From NCBI RefSeq assembly GCF_964194025.1, contig NC_134468.1, positions 40,300,001 to 40,364,000 of the forward strand: 64,000 nucleotides of DNA. The letters run 5' to 3'. The first letter of the stretch is position 1; each line of letters opens with the position of its first letter. Of this stretch, positions 24,150 to 38,667 are shown piece after piece. Origin of the DNA: Convolutriloba macropyga. Its lineage: Eukaryota. The translations under genes were made by a program, and so were the position numbers. Under the pieces are notes generated by a model, which had not been told where the DNA came from, did not search any database, and saw nothing but the letters and a program-made list of their open reading frames with translations.

Positions 24150-27100
24150 TGAGTGAAATGTACAAGCGGTGCATGATCAATATTAAAATGTCACTAAAAT
24201 GTTTAGATATCTGTGTAATGTCAATTTGCGTATCAGATATTTTGTCTATAAAAATTTATTCAGACGAATGGCAGAAACAGTTTTTTTGGTTTGTAATAAT
24301 TTAGCGTCAGATTAATTATTTGATAGAGTGATGACCAAAAATTCTTCGTCGTAGTTTGATACATTTTTTGCTGGTTGATATAGATTGCTGGAGATATAAT
24401 CCACAAAGCCCATTTTAGCTCCGCGTAAATGCTCGATTTTGAATTAGAACGCCAAAAGACGGTCAACACAGCGTGATAGACGGCTATTATACAATTTGTT
24501 GGAACGATGTTTGTTCAGAATAGAAAAGGGTGCTCGATGATCGGTTATAACTGAGATTGCAAACCGGTGAGATAATCTTTGAAGTATTCTTTGGACCAAA
24601 CTACTCCGAGTATTTCTAACTCATTAATACTATACCGTTCCTCATTACTATTTGGAAATCTGGAAGCTATAGATATGGGTTTCCATCCATCAGTTGTTAG
24701 TTGTTCAAGAGCTGCTCCGAGGCCGGAGCGAGAGGCATCAGATTTAACTCGTGATTCGAGTTGCGGGTTGTAGTGAAAATTTTCGGTAAGATTTGCAATG
24801 CGAGTTCTAATAGAATTAAAATGAGTAGTGTGTTCTTCAGTCCAATTATATTTTACAGATTTGCAAAGTACTGGTCTTAAAGGGTGGCAAAGTTGAGCTC
24901 AATTGAAGAAAAAATTATACAATGTAAGCAACCAAGAAAAGAACAAAGTTTTTTAAGTGTGTTAGCTGTACTGAGTTCAAGGATGGCAGATGTTTCTGAT
25001 TCGAGTGGGGAAATAGCTGATTGAGTTATGTTGTAACCCAACCACAAAACCTTTGGTTTAGAAAAGTTAAATTTTGGTAGATTTATACGAAATTCATCAG
25101 CATCAAATTTTTAAGACAATCTGTTACTAAGTTTAAATGATCTGCTTCAGAACTTTTGCTTAGAATTAATATGTCATCCGTGAAGCAGAAAGTGTTTTTG
25201 GGCCCTATAAAGGTATACTCCATGACTTATTGGAACTCGGCAGGCATAACTGTGAGTCCATAAAAGCCAGTTTTGAAACAATACGTGCCAGTCATATCAC
25301 CACTTACAATAATAAAAATAGTGCTTTGCGGTATCAGGGTAAAAATTTAGATAGCTATAAGCTTGTTTGAGAGCTATATGGGAAAAGAGAATTTCATTTT
25401 GTGACATAGTTTGATAGCTTATAATTCTTGTGATAGAGAGTCATTTAGAGCGCCAACATTAGGTATCTGGTTTTTAATTTTTGTGAAATCATTTGTAAAG
25501 AACTTTTGAATTGAGAGCTAATTTTATAGTTTGGTTTCCTTTAATTGTGATAACAATGGGCAAGCTAAAGTATTGATCTCAGCAGTTGTTGGGTTTTGTA
25601 TATGTCCTTCTTAGAGTAATTTTTTAAATTTGAGTATTCACCCTTTTGTAAAATGAGTGAAATGTACAAGCGGTGCATGATCAATATTTAAATGTCACTA
25701 ACATGATTAGATTTTTGTTTAATGTCGATTTGCGTATCAGATATTTTGTCTTTAAAAATTTATTCAGACGAATGGCGGAAATAGTTTTTTCGGTTTGTAA
25801 TAATTTAGCGTCAGATTAAATATTTGATAGAAGTATGACCAAAAATTCTTCGTCGTAGTTTGATACACTTTTTGCTGGTTGATATAGATTGCTGGAGATA
25901 TAATCCACAAAGCCCGTTTTAGCTCCGCGTAAATGCTCGATTTTGAATTAGAACGCCAAAAGACGGTCAACACAGCGTGATAGACGGCTATTATACAATT
26001 TGCTGGAACGATGTTCTTTCAGAATAGAAAGGAGTGTTCGATGACCGGTTATAACTGAGATTGTAAACCGTAGAGATAAATTTTGAAGTATTCTTTGGAC
26101 CAAATTACTCCGAGTATTTCCAACTCATTAATACTATACCGTTCCTCATTACTATTTAAAAATCTAGAAGCTAAAGATATGGGTTTCCATCCATCAATTG
26201 TTAGTTGTTCAAGAGCTGCGCCGAGGCCGGAGCGAGAGGCATCAGATTTAACACGTGATGCGAGTTGCGGGTTGCAGTGAAAAATTTCAGTATCATTTGC
26301 AATGCAGTTCTAATAGAATTGAAATGAGTAGTGTGTTGTTCAGTCCAATTATATTTTACTGATTTGCGAAGTACTGTTCTTAAAGGGTGACAAAGGTGAG
26401 CTCAATTAAGAAAAAATTATATAATGTAAGCAACCAAGAAAAGAACAATGTTTTTTAAGTGTGTTAGCTGTACTGAGTTCAAGAATGGCAGATGTTTCTG
26501 ATTCGAGTGGGGGAATAGCTGATTGAGTGATTTTGTAACCCAACCACAAAACCTTTGGTTTAGAAGTGAAATTTTGTTAGATTTATACGAAATTCATCAG
26601 CATCAAATTTTTAAGACAATCTGTTACTAAGTTTAAATTATCTGCTTCAGAACTTTTGCTTAGAATTAATATGTCGTCCGTGAAGCAGAAAATGTTTTTG
26701 GGCCCTGTAAAGGTATAATCCATGACTTATTGGAACTCGGCAGGCATAACTGTGAGTCCATAAAAGCCAGTTTTGAATCAATACGTGCCAGTTATATCAC
26801 CACTTACAATATTAAAAATATAGTGCTTTGCGGTATCAGAGTAAAAATTTAGATAATTATAAGCTTGTTGGAGAGCTATATGGGAAAAGAGAATTTCATT
26901 TTGTGACATAGTTTGATAGCTTATAATTCTTGTGATAGAGAGTCATTTAGAGCGCCAACATTAGGTATCTGGTTTTTAATTTTTGTGAATTCATTTGTAA
27001 AGAACTTTTGAATTGAGAGCTAATTTTATAGTTTGGTTTCCTTTAATTGTGATAACAATGGGCAAGCTAAAGTATTGATCTCAGCAGTTGTTGGGTTTTG

Positions 27101-28520
27101 TATATGTCCTTCTTAGAGTAATTTTTTAAATTTGAGTATTAACCCTTTTGTAAAATGAGTGAAATGTACAAGCGGTGCATGATCAATATTTAAATGTCAC
27201 TAACATGATTAGATTTTTGTTTAATGTCGATTTGCGTATCAGATATTTTGTCTTTAAAAATTTATTCAGACGAATGGCGGAAATAGTTTTTTCGGTTTGT
27301 AATAATTTAGCGTCAGATTAAATATTTGATAGAAGTATGACCAAAAATTCTTCGTCGTAGTTTGATACACTTTTTGCTGGTTGATATAGATTGCTGGAGA
27401 TATAATCCACAAAGCCCGTTTTAGCTCCGCGTAAATGCTCGATTTTGAATTAGAACGCCAAAAGACGGTCAACACAGCGTGATAGACGGCTATTATACAA
27501 TTTGCTGGAACGATGTTCTTTCAGAATAGAAAGGAGTGTTCGATGACCGGTTATAACTGAGATTGTAAACCGTAGAGATAAATTTTGAAGTATTCTTTGG
27601 ACCAAATTACTCCGAGTATTTCCAACTCATTAATACTATACCGTTCCTCATTACTATTTAAAAATCTAGAAGCTAAAGATATGGGTTTCCATCCATCAAT
27701 TGTTAGTTGTTCAAGAGCTGCGCCGAGGCCGGAGCGAGAGGCATCAGATTTAACACGTGATGCGAGTTGCGGGTTGCAGTGAAAAATTTCAGTATCATTT
27801 GCAATGCGAGTTCTAATAGAATTGAAATGAGTAGTGTGTTGTTCAGTCCAATTATATTTTACTGATTTGCGAAGTACTGTTCTTAAAGGGTGACAAAGGT
27901 GAGCTCAATTAAGAAAAAATTATATAATGTAAGCAACCAAGAAAAGAACAATGTTTTTTAAGTGTGTTAGCTGTACTGAGTTCAAGGATGGCAGATGTTT
28001 CTGATTCGAGTGGGGGAATAGCTGATTGAGTGATTTTGTAACCCAACCACAAAACCTTTGGTTTAGAAGTGAAATTTTGTTAGATTTATACGAAATTCAT
28101 CAGCATCAAATTTTTAAGACAATCTGTTACTAAGTTTAAATTATCTGCTTCAGAACTTTTGCTTAGAATTAATATGTCGTCCGTGAAGCAGAAAATGTTT
28201 TTGGGCCCTGTAAAGGTATAATCCATGACTTATTGGAACTCGGCAGGCATAACTGTGAGTCCATAAAAGCCAGTTTTGAATCAATACGTGCCAGTTATAT
28301 CACCACTTACAATATTAAAAATATAGTGCTTTGCGGTATCAGAGTAAAAATTTAGATAATTATAAGCATGTTTGAGAGCTATATGGGAAAAGTTTGGTTT
28401 CCTTTAATTGTGATGACAATTGGCAAGACAAAGTATTGATCTGAACAGTTGTTTAGTTTTTCTATAGGTCCTTTATTGAGTAATTTTTTAAATTTGAGTA
28501 TTCACTGTTTTTTTGTAAAT
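24150..28520. repeat. Tandem triplication of a ~1.5-kb RT/RNase H segment
   Basis: tgagtgaaatgtacaagcggtgcatg at 24150, 25654, 27156 (periods 1504 and 1502); matching ORFs in the six-frame track. Confidence 0.95.
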
Positions 28521-30155
28521 TGATAGGTCTACCTTTTTGTTGTGTTTGGTTGAAAGCGTTTGTGAAATTTTAATTTTAGAACGTCCAAAACTTGAGATTA
28601 AATTTGGAGATTGGTTTGCTATTCTAATTTTAAATGGAAACTGTGTATTGATGTTGTTGACCATACTACCTTCAATAGGGTTTAGAGTTTGATTGACTGC
28701 TTTGCCAAGCGCATCATGTATATCGCAGCCAACGAGTGGTTTTAGACCATCTCTGACCACTACAATTTCGGCGCCCTTGATTTGCCAACCATTGACTGCC
28801 ACTGGAGTTTGCATCATGCAAATTACAGGAATTGACTCATGGGCAAAAGTTTTAAGATTTTGGCAGGTGCAGTTGTTAACCACCTTGCAAGAAACAAAAT
28901 ATTGATACTTTTTGTAACTAGTGACTCGTTCATGATATTACAGACACTTCCAGAGTCAATTAGGAGGCCCAATTTTGTATTTCCAAATTCTGGTGTCGTT
29001 TTTTTGGGATCAAATTGAAAAGTATTACTTGCAATGCTTGCTACTATATTGTCATCTGAACTTTCATAATCAGATTTGCATTCCGGGTTGTAGTTCATGT
29101 TGGAAATATCGTTAACAGGAAATCTCTGTTGTATATGCTTCGGTTGAAATTACATTTGAACTACGTGTTTTTGTAGAGCTAGATTTTATGTTTCGGCACA
29201 AATGAGCAAAGTGGATTTGAAGGCCACAACTGTTGCAGGTCTTACCCTTTGCGAAGCATTTGTGTTTTCGGTTGTTTCACCAATTGAGATCACAGTTTCG
29301 ACAGAATTGAATTGCAGATCGAGTTTGTGTTTGAAAATCTTGGCGTGGATACGAGTTGCGAAATTGACGTTGTGGTAAAGTAGCGTTTACTTGTGGGTTG
29401 GGTTGACTATTAGAAATTTAAAGTTGATTTTGTTGACAAAATTCCACATTGATTGCCAAACGTACTGCCTGGCCAGGGTCAACGGTTTCTTTCCACCGTT
29501 CTTCCGATTTTAAGAGTCTTGCATGTGGGCTATAAAAAGGTATCTAATTAGTGTGTCTTCTTAGTGGTTACCTAGTTCGCAGTTTTCTGATTTCTTTCAG
29601 TTTTCCATAGAAAAGCGCAATGGATTCTCTTATTGACTGTTTCCTTGTGAGTAGCAATTATCTGTCGAATGTGACGTTTCTTGGTCTAATAAAAGCTTCC
29701 ACCACGATACGCCTAAGCTCTACGGTAATTATGATGTCCATTTAGCGATGCGGGCTACAGCTACAAACAATTCTCCTCCTCTCGCTTCCAAAGCTGAGGT
29801 ATATTACGGAGACAGTCTTTCGGTCTGCTTGGTTCCAGGGCATATTGCCACACATTATCCCAAATTCTAACTGACGTTGACAACGACTTTCCCAACTCAT
29901 CTTTAACTTTGCCATCGGGGCTGGTCTCTTGCGTTCTGATTGAGCTGATGATCCTTGAATGGTGTCTTCATAAATCGGTTCATGTGGGAATTAGATTTGT
30001 TCTGGTTGCCGGCCGAGTAGAGTGTCTAGAATTATGTTTGCTTAACTTCAACTGAATCTGCCATTTCACTCATTTGAGAGGAGGATCTGGGTTTGATTTC
30101 TCACAAAAGGTATCGATGACTAAAGGGGTGTCTTAGTGAAGAGCTGGCTGCGCCA

Positions 30156-30528
30156 TGTCGTAAAAAACATATTTGTGTACTTTATTTGAGATTGAAGTTA
30201 GCATTCGTTTATCAGCATTGATATTTTGCTCAGCGCGTACGCCTTACAAATTCTAGTAAAGTGATTCGCATGGCGAATTGCCTAGCTAAGTCATGTCTGC
30301 TAAACTTGCAGATGAAGATGATTAAATGGATTAAATTTAGCGACTATTCACGAGCTGCAAATCAAGAGAAATGAATCTCCAAGAGCAAAAGGTACTCAAT
30401 TCATGAACAAAAAACCAACGCTGGAATATAAATAACAGACACATATGTGAACATTGTAAGCTAACTTGGGGTACGAATTGAAATAAACTTGATTTTATAA
30501 TAACTTTCCTTCAAATTAAGTAAATCAT
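30156..30528 (-). repeat. Gypsy 5' LTR, first copy, with PBS at 30143-30155
   Basis: Minus strand ...cgaca|TGGCGCAGCCAGC; PBS resembles the complement of a tRNA-Ser 3' end (from recall). Confidence 0.8.
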
Positions 30529-33140
30529 TGATTTAAGTAAAATGAAATCAGACTACTAGGTACAACAAAAATTATTAACAATGAAGAGGAGGAGATGAAA
30601 CAGAAGTCAAATAACAGCACGTAATTAACTTGGAAAAACGAAAATCTCTTCAAACACAAATGTCTGAATCCTCTTTAAAAGAAATATAAAAAAATCTACT
30701 GAGAGTACTTACTTTTTCGTTCCCTCTAATGCACCAGGGTAACTTAAAACAATATTTTAAACTATTGGTTAGGAAACAATCGGAGAAAAAAACAGAGAAA
30801 ACATTGTTCAAATTGTCAAATAAAATAAAAAAACGTTTGCTCCTAAAGAATGAAATTCTGTTTAAACACCAGTTCCTCATTGCACTGGAGAAAATTAAGC
30901 TCCTCAAATCGCTACATCAAAAAACGTGTGAAGAGATCGTAAAAAACATAGCAGGAAGAATTCCATAAAAAACCCCAAAGATTCGAGTGTGGAAATAGCT
31001 GATTGAGTTATTTTGTAACCCAACCACAAAACCTTTGGTTTAGAAAATGAAATTTTGTTAGATTTATACGAAATTCATCAGCATCTAATTTTTAAGACAA
31101 CCTGTTATTAAGTTTAAATGATCTGCTTCAGAACTTTTGCTTAGAATTAATATGTCATCCGGGAAGCAGAAAGTGTTTTTGGGCCCTGTAAAGGTATAAT
31201 CCATGGCTGATTGGAACTCGGCAGGCAAAACTGTGAGTCCATAAAAGCCAGTTTTGAATCAATAAGTGCCAGTTATATCACCACTTACAATATTAAAAAT
31301 ATAGTGCTTTGCGGTATCAGAGTAAAAATTTAGATAATTATAAGCATGTTTGAGAGCTATATGGGAAAAGTTTGGTTTCCTTTAATTACGATGACAATGG
31401 GCAAGACAAAGTATTGATCTGAACAGTTGTTTAGTTTTTCTATATGTCCTTCTTTGAGTAATTTTTTAAATTTGAGTATTCACTCTTTTTTTGTAAATTG
31501 ATAGGTACTCGTCTACCTTTTTGTTGTTTTTGGTTGAAAGCGTTTGTGATATTTTAATTTTAGAACGTCCAAAACTTGAGATTAAATTTGGAGATTGGTT
31601 TGCTATTCTAATTTTAAATGGAAACTGTGTATTGATGTTGTTGACCATACTACCTTCAATAGGGTTTAGAGTTTGATTGACTGCTTTGCCAAGCGCATCA
31701 TGTATATCGCAGCCAACGAGTGGTTTTAGACCATCTCTGACCACTACAATTTCGGCGCCCTTGATTTGCCAACCATTGACTGCCACTGGAGTTTGCATCA
31801 TGCAAATTACAGGAATTGACTCATGGGCAAAAGTTTTAAGATTTTGGCAGGTGCAGTTGTTAACCACCTTGCAAGAAACAAAATATTGATACTTTTTGTA
31901 ACTAGTGACTCGTTCATGATATTACAGACACTTCCAGAGTCAATTAGGAGGCCCAATTTTGTATTTCCAAATTCTGGTGTCGTTTTTTTGGGATCAAATT
32001 GAAAAGTATTACTTGCAATGCTTGCTACTATATTGTCATCTGAACTTTCATAATCAGATTTGCATTCCGGGTTGTAGTTCATGTTGGAAATATCGTTAAC
32101 AGGAAATCTCTATTGTATATGCTTCGGTTGAAATTACATTTGAACTACGTTTTATGTTTCGCTAGATTTTATGTTTCGGCACAAATGAGCAAAGTGCTTT
32201 TGAAGGCCACAACTGTTGCAGGTCTTACCCTTTGCGAAGCATTTGTCTTTTCGGTTGTTTCACCAATTGAGATCACAGTTTCGACAGAATTGAATTGCAG
32301 ATCGAGTTTGTGTTTGAAAATCTTGGCGTGGATACGAGTTGCGAAATTGACGTTGTGGTAAAGTAGCGTTTACTTGTGGGTTGGGTTGACTATTAGAAAT
32401 TTAAAGTTGATTTTGTTGACAAAATTCCACATTGATTGCCAAACGTACTGCCTGGCCAGGTTCAACGGTTTCTTTCCACCGTTCTTCCGATTTTCGGAGT
32501 CTTGCATGTGGGCTATAAAAAGGTATCTAGTTAGTGTATCTTCTTAGTGGTTACCTAGTTCGCAGTTTTCTGATATTTCTTTCAGTTTTCCATAGAAAAG
32601 CGCAATGGATTCTCTTTTTGACTGTTTCATTGTGAGTAGCAAATATCTGTCGAATGTGACGTTTCTTGGTCTAATAAAAGCCTCCACCACGATACGCCTA
32701 AGCTCTACGGTAATTATGATGTCCATTAAGCGTTGCGGGCTATAGCTACAAACAATTCTCCTCCTCTCGCTTACAAAGCTGAGGTATATTATGGAGACAG
32801 TCTTTCGGTCTGCTTGGTTCCAGGGCATATTGCCACACATTATCCCAAATTCTAAATGACGTTGACAACGAATTTCCCAATTCATCTTTAACTTTGCCAT
32901 CGGGGCTGGTCTCTTGCGTTCTGATTGAGCTGATGATCCTTGAATGGTGTCTTCATAAATCGGTTCATGTGGGAATTAGATTTGTTCTGGTTGCCGGCCG
33001 AGTAGAGTGTCTAGAATTATGTTTGCTTAACTTCAACTGAATCTGCCATTTCACTCATTTGAGAGGAGGATCTGGGTTTGATTTCTCACAAAACGTATCG
33101 ATGACTAAAGGGGTGTCTTAGTGAGGAGCTGGCTGCGCCA

Positions 33141-33525
33141 TGTCGTAGAAAACATATTTGTGTACTTTATTTGAGATTCAAGTTAGCATTCGTTTATCAG
33201 CATTGATATTTTGCTCATCGCGTACGCCTTTCAAATTCTAGTAAAGTGATTCGCATGGCGAATTGCCTAGCTAAGTCATGTCTGCTAAACTTGCAGATGA
33301 AGACGACTTGCTGATTAAACGGATTAAATTTAGCGACTATTCACGAGCAGCAAAATCAAGAGAAATGAATCTCCAAGAGCAAAAGATACTCAATTCATGA
33401 ACAAAAAACCAACGCTGGAATATAAATAACAGACACATATGTGAACACTGTAAGCTAACTTGGGGTACGAATTGAAATAAACTTGTTATTTTAAAATAAC
33501 TTTCCTTCAAATTATGTAAATCATT
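33141..33525 (-). repeat. Gypsy 5' LTR, duplicated copy, with PBS at 33128-33140
   Basis: Near-identical to 30156-30528 with the same gctggctgcgcca|tgtcg junction. Confidence 0.8.
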
Positions 33526-36500
33526 GATTTAAGTAAAATGAAATCAGACTACTAGGTACAACAAAAATTATTAACAATGAAGAGGAGGAGATGAAACAGA
33601 AGTCAAATAACAGCACGTAATTAACTTGGAAAAACGAAAATCTCTTCAAACACAAATGTCTGAATCCTCTTTAAAAGAAATATAAAAAAATCTACTGAGA
33701 GTACTTACTTTTTCGTTCCCTCTAATGCACCAGGGTAACTTAAAACAATATTTTAAACTATTGGTTAGGAAACAATCGGAGAAAAAAACAGAGAAAACAT
33801 TGTTCAAATTGTCAAATGAAATAAAAAAACGTTTGCTCCTAAAGAATGAAATTCTGTTTAAACATCAGTTCCTCAATGCACTAGAGAAAATTAAGCTCAT
33901 CAAATTGCTACATCAAAAAACGTGTGAAGAAACCGTAAAAAACATAGCAGGAAGAATTCCATAAATATCACCAAAGCATATGATAGCAAAAAATTCCAAA
34001 GCATTTCTGCATAAAGATGTTACTCCAAAACAACCGTTGCCAAAATACAGTAAGAAATCATTCACTTAATACAAAAAATACTGACAGGATTCGCATAGAA
34101 AAATCTGAGGAATGGGAAAGGAAATGAAGGACGACACAAAAAACATAGCCGGCAGATTGCCGAAAACGACTCGAAGTAGAAAAGTGACCACCTGACTTAC
34201 CTTAAGCACATTCTACGAAAGTAAATTAAGCACTTCAATTAAATTAAAAAAACAACAGGAAAAATATCGAAAACTAACTGACAAAAACTGATACATCCTC
34301 TTACTAAATTTAATATTAGATGCAACTATAAAAAACGACTGTTGAAAACATTGCGATACAGGTAGTTTGCACTGAAATATTAACAATCCATCCATCAATT
34401 GAGACAACATTAGCTCTGAAAGAGAAACTCTAGAAAAATAGACAAAACCAAATTTTTCCCAAAATTTTGGCACACATATATATCGTGTCAGAGCACTCGA
34501 TTCCGCTAAGTGAGCTATGGCGACAAACACAGCCGCCAGATTGCCGGAAATAGCCTCGATAGACGCTTGTGGCCCTCCATGAATTGAAACAACTAAAGAA
34601 AAAAGGATAGGGAGATCAACTGCCAGTCCGTCAATAGACCACCAGACTTTTTGGGGTACGTTTGGACCGTCAATTTTTTAACGCATACGGTCTATAAGTA
34701 AAAAGCCCTAAAAGATTTTTTTCAAAATTTATTTGAAAACAAAAACTCTAGACTAATACTCAAGAATTAGGGCAAACTTTAATAAGTTTTGCACTACTTA
34801 CATGCACGCTATTGATCTTTAGCTAGTAAAGGTTCATGAAAATTAAAGTTTCATACGTGACTTCAGAAGTCACTTTTCGAGTGAGGTAAGTCACGCAGTT
34901 GTCCTAAAAGCAGAAATGATGTAAGACACACAAATTTCATCAGCAAAGCAAGAGAGGTCACTGAAGTCATTGAAAAAGTCAAGGACGTAAGAATCATCGA
35001 TTGAGACGACGAATTAAAAAAAGCCACGATGTCTCCAATAATAGCCACTATCGCTTAGCGGGTATTAATAAAACTCTCTGGTATTACGTTTTTGAATAAA
35101 TTTCTCGACAAAATAATACTTCGCAAGCACTGTTTTAAAAACCTTCTCGATCAGTTTTACATCCAATACCGGCAGAGACATAAACAGAAGTTCAAAAATG
35201 CTTAAAGAAAGTCCAAACAATTTAAAAACAATAGAAACTTGTATCATTTATTTTAAAGAAAAGTTTTAACTTAAAATTTTGTCGAGGAACCTTATAGACA
35301 GATAGAAAAGTAAAAAGAAACAGCAAAACGATTTTTTAAACCAAACTGACCAAAATGGACAAATTTGCTATAAAATACTCTTCCTTAACTAAATCAATTC
35401 AAATTTTAAATAATCAATTATAATGTCTATTATTGTGTTAACTGTCTATCGAGAGAGTTAACACTTTTAGAAGAACTATTTTCACACAAAAGCTGCCCAA
35501 ATTCTATAAAAAAAAGTTGGACAAGAACACAAAAACAGCCAAAGAGGTGTCGAACATCGCAAAATGGCAGAAAGAGCTCAAAAATTACAATAACGGTGCA
35601 ATAATTGCTTCAGATGGTCAAAATGCTTCGAAACACACTTTAATTAAGACAATCACTTTTGACCGAAAAAGTTGGAGTGAAAACTAAGACAAAACTACTG
35701 TGAAAAAGCCGCATGTGATCAAAAAATTTTGTTTGCATAGCAATTTTTTTACGCTTATTTTTTTACCCTCACTAAAATTGGTGAAAACCACTCTTATCTC
35801 TCTGCTTTACAAGTTCAACAAACAGTTTTCCCAAACAGTTTGTTATCACTCATTTTGTTTCCTGTTTCAAACACCCTCCAACAGAATTATCGATGCTAAG
35901 ACAAAGCCGGAAGAATTCCGGAAACAACTCGGAGAGTTGTCTGTTCCAAAAAACAGCTATTGAAGCATTTAGCCTCAAAAACTAACTTAATTAAAAACAA
36001 AAGTTTTATTATTTCTTGACATAGAAAAGTGCACACACAAAAACTAAAGCCTTTCTTTACTCAAATGAAGGTAACAAAAATGATCACGTAACACTGAAAA
36101 AGCCACAATAAGCTAACAGGTTTATCAACTAATTGTTAAGAAAAATTCAAAACGAAATTGACCCAAAAATTTCAAATTTTTTGCTGTTTTTGTTGAATTC
36201 ATTTTTGTCAAATGTCAAACCTGTCGTTTTTCAATAGAAACTTTTTGTCAAAATTATCAACAAATATCTTTTTAATAACATCAAAATTGAAACAATTTGA
36301 CAACCTACTTGACAACATCAAAATTGAAACAATTTGACAACCGACAAATGCTTTATTTTTTCATGCACTACTATTCCTGCTTCAAGATTTACTCGAACAA
36401 AATTGATTGTGAAAAGACACTTCTCCAAAACTCCTTGTCGACTCGTAAAATGACGCTCCACCAATACTCTTCTCCGAGTCCTAAAAAAGACAGCGCAGCA

Positions 36501-38602
36501 ATACAACTGAAATTTTGTTGAATTATATAAACCATAAGGCCAATAATCGCTCGGTATCGTGCTATTAATGACGCTTTGTTCGTTACTTTAGCAATATTCC
36601 TATTGTGCTCTTCCTTTCTTCCGTCTTTATTTGCACTATCCAGTAACGCAACGTTGTGACACGTTTTTATCATTTACAAATGCAGCTGAGAACAAACTAC
36701 TGTTGGCTTAATGATGCACCGCAGCGCTTAAGAGATTAACAGTTCTAGCAATTAAGTACGTTTTGACACCAACTCCAACTACTATTTTCACACCTTAACA
36801 ATACATGTTTTCTTCACCGACGCAGGCTTCAAGAATTTCACAAGCCATAATCAACAATCAACGATGTAATAATATAAAATAATACATAATAGAAAAATTC
36901 TGTAAGGATACCCCGATCCTTTTTTTTGCTGCTTGCTGAATTTTGTAAAACCAATACGATCAAACTTTGAGACCCTTAATCTAGTCGCTAAATTGAGTAC
37001 ATTCGCTTTAAATGAATCAATTTCACCATAAATTTTTCCAGTCCTTATTGAAAATCAGTAATAAAATTTTCACGTCACTAAAATTTTCCTCATTTCCAAT
37101 CCGTAAAGAAAAATTAACAAAGCTCTGATGGACACAATTTCTTTTAAAAAAAAAATAGGTCATGGTCTTAATCAACTTAAACCTTGATAAGCTTGAAAGG
37201 AACAGAAACCTATTGCTCTGTTCGTTCACAGGCGTCTCAAACAACATAAAATGATGCATTTCTACAAAAATATGTGCGACTAAAACAAGAACTTTATTCA
37301 AAGTGGCACCGATATATGTAAACATCCTTCCAACCCCTTCATGGGGACGGGAGGATTAATCTGAGTTTTTTGTCCAGTCAATTTTAGTTGATCGACATAT
37401 TTATCATGCATAGTTGTGATTGGTATCATTAGAAATCCAGTCATGCGTAAAATATAGAAATAAAACGTTCACAAAAACGTCTTTTTCGACGAGTAATCAA
37501 AATTTTGTGATCATTTTACTTAACACAAAACTTCATTTTGAAATTTTGTTATTTTTCTACTCTTCTTGTGTATGTTTGTCATTGAGTAATATTGATAGCG
37601 TCCCACTGCAGTTCTAAAAGAAATCCGCGAGGTCCAAAGAACCTATACAAGGTGGTGTTCAGTTGATAGTTTATGGCATTAATTACTCTCAAAACAAATG
37701 TTTTCGTAAAATTTAGTGCCTTTTTAGTTTTGATTTAAAAAATTTTCTCTAGTGATTATCACTGTCTTAAAATTAGAAATTTTTTGAACACTTTGGTATC
37801 ATAGATGACACTATTAATTGTTTCATTATGATGTTAAATTTTTTTTACTGTAGTTGTCTTAAGTAATGTATGTGAACGGTGACCGTTCTTGTTGTCCTCA
37901 TTCTTATTGTCTTGCACTTAAATCTCATCTTGTAAAGTCTTCATTGGTAAAAACTGAACAGCACCTAACTTTGTTTCCAGTTGAGAGCTGAGTAGATATG
38001 TAATTAACGCTGATTTTGCAAAATTCTTTTAAATTTTTCCAATTGTGCTTATAAATGGTTTTTATACTTTCTTCTCACCCAAGGCATTTATTGACAGGTC
38101 GGATATGTATTCTAAAAAAGGACAAATGCAACTCTTTAAGGAGTTCAAGTGTTTTGAACTTTCGACAGTTAATGATGGGTTTTAATTTTTGATCCGAAAA
38201 CCTAAATAGTATTTTGCAAAAAAAGTGCAACTCATTATTGTTTTTTGGCGAGTTATCAACTGAACTCATGAACAGAAGTTCTGCATGCTTGTTTTTTGAA
38301 ACATGTGTTTATCTTTTCAAGTCTTTTTAAAATCTATTATTTTGTTTTCCGTTTATATAAAAAGCGATTTTTATTTTATTTATCAGTAATCGTTTTTTTT
38401 TCGTTGAATTGCCCGTTTCTCTCAAAATAAAAAGTCCCCTCAACCTGCTGTGCTGATGAAGCACTACTCACAGTAGACAGTCATTCTGGTTATGAGCTAA
38501 TTTTACTGAACGAAAGAACATTTTTACTGAACAGCTTTTTTCATTTTTCTGAACCACGCCTGAAAGTTTCTGTTACTAATTTGCTAGAGTTAGCGTTTCT
38601 GT

Positions 38603-38604
<2 letters not shown>

Positions 38605-38654
<50 letters not shown>

Positions 38655-38667
38655 TCGCTCTCTCTCT
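38605..38667. repeat. (CT)n microsatellite
   Basis: About 23 perfect TC units followed by a degenerate tail. Confidence 0.95.

Larger units (their letters stand above)
22255..33525 (-). mobile_element. Decayed Ty3/Gypsy LTR retrotransposon (gag-PR-RT-RH-IN), expanded by tandem duplications
   Basis: gag with Cys/His knuckles (KCFAKGKTCNSCG..HFAHLC), protease LLIDSGS, RT TYCFKTGFYGLTVMPAEFQ, RNase H DASRSGLGAALEQ...YSINELEILGVVWS; LTR copies at 22255, 30156, 33141; many stops and frameshifts. Confidence 0.9.
28003..33976. repeat. Tandem duplication of a ~2.98-kb unit (RT start, PR, gag, 5' LTR, flank)
   Basis: gattcgagtg..aatagctgattgag at 28003 and 30980; duplicated ORFs 28823/31807 and 30729/33725. 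Confidence 0.95.
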
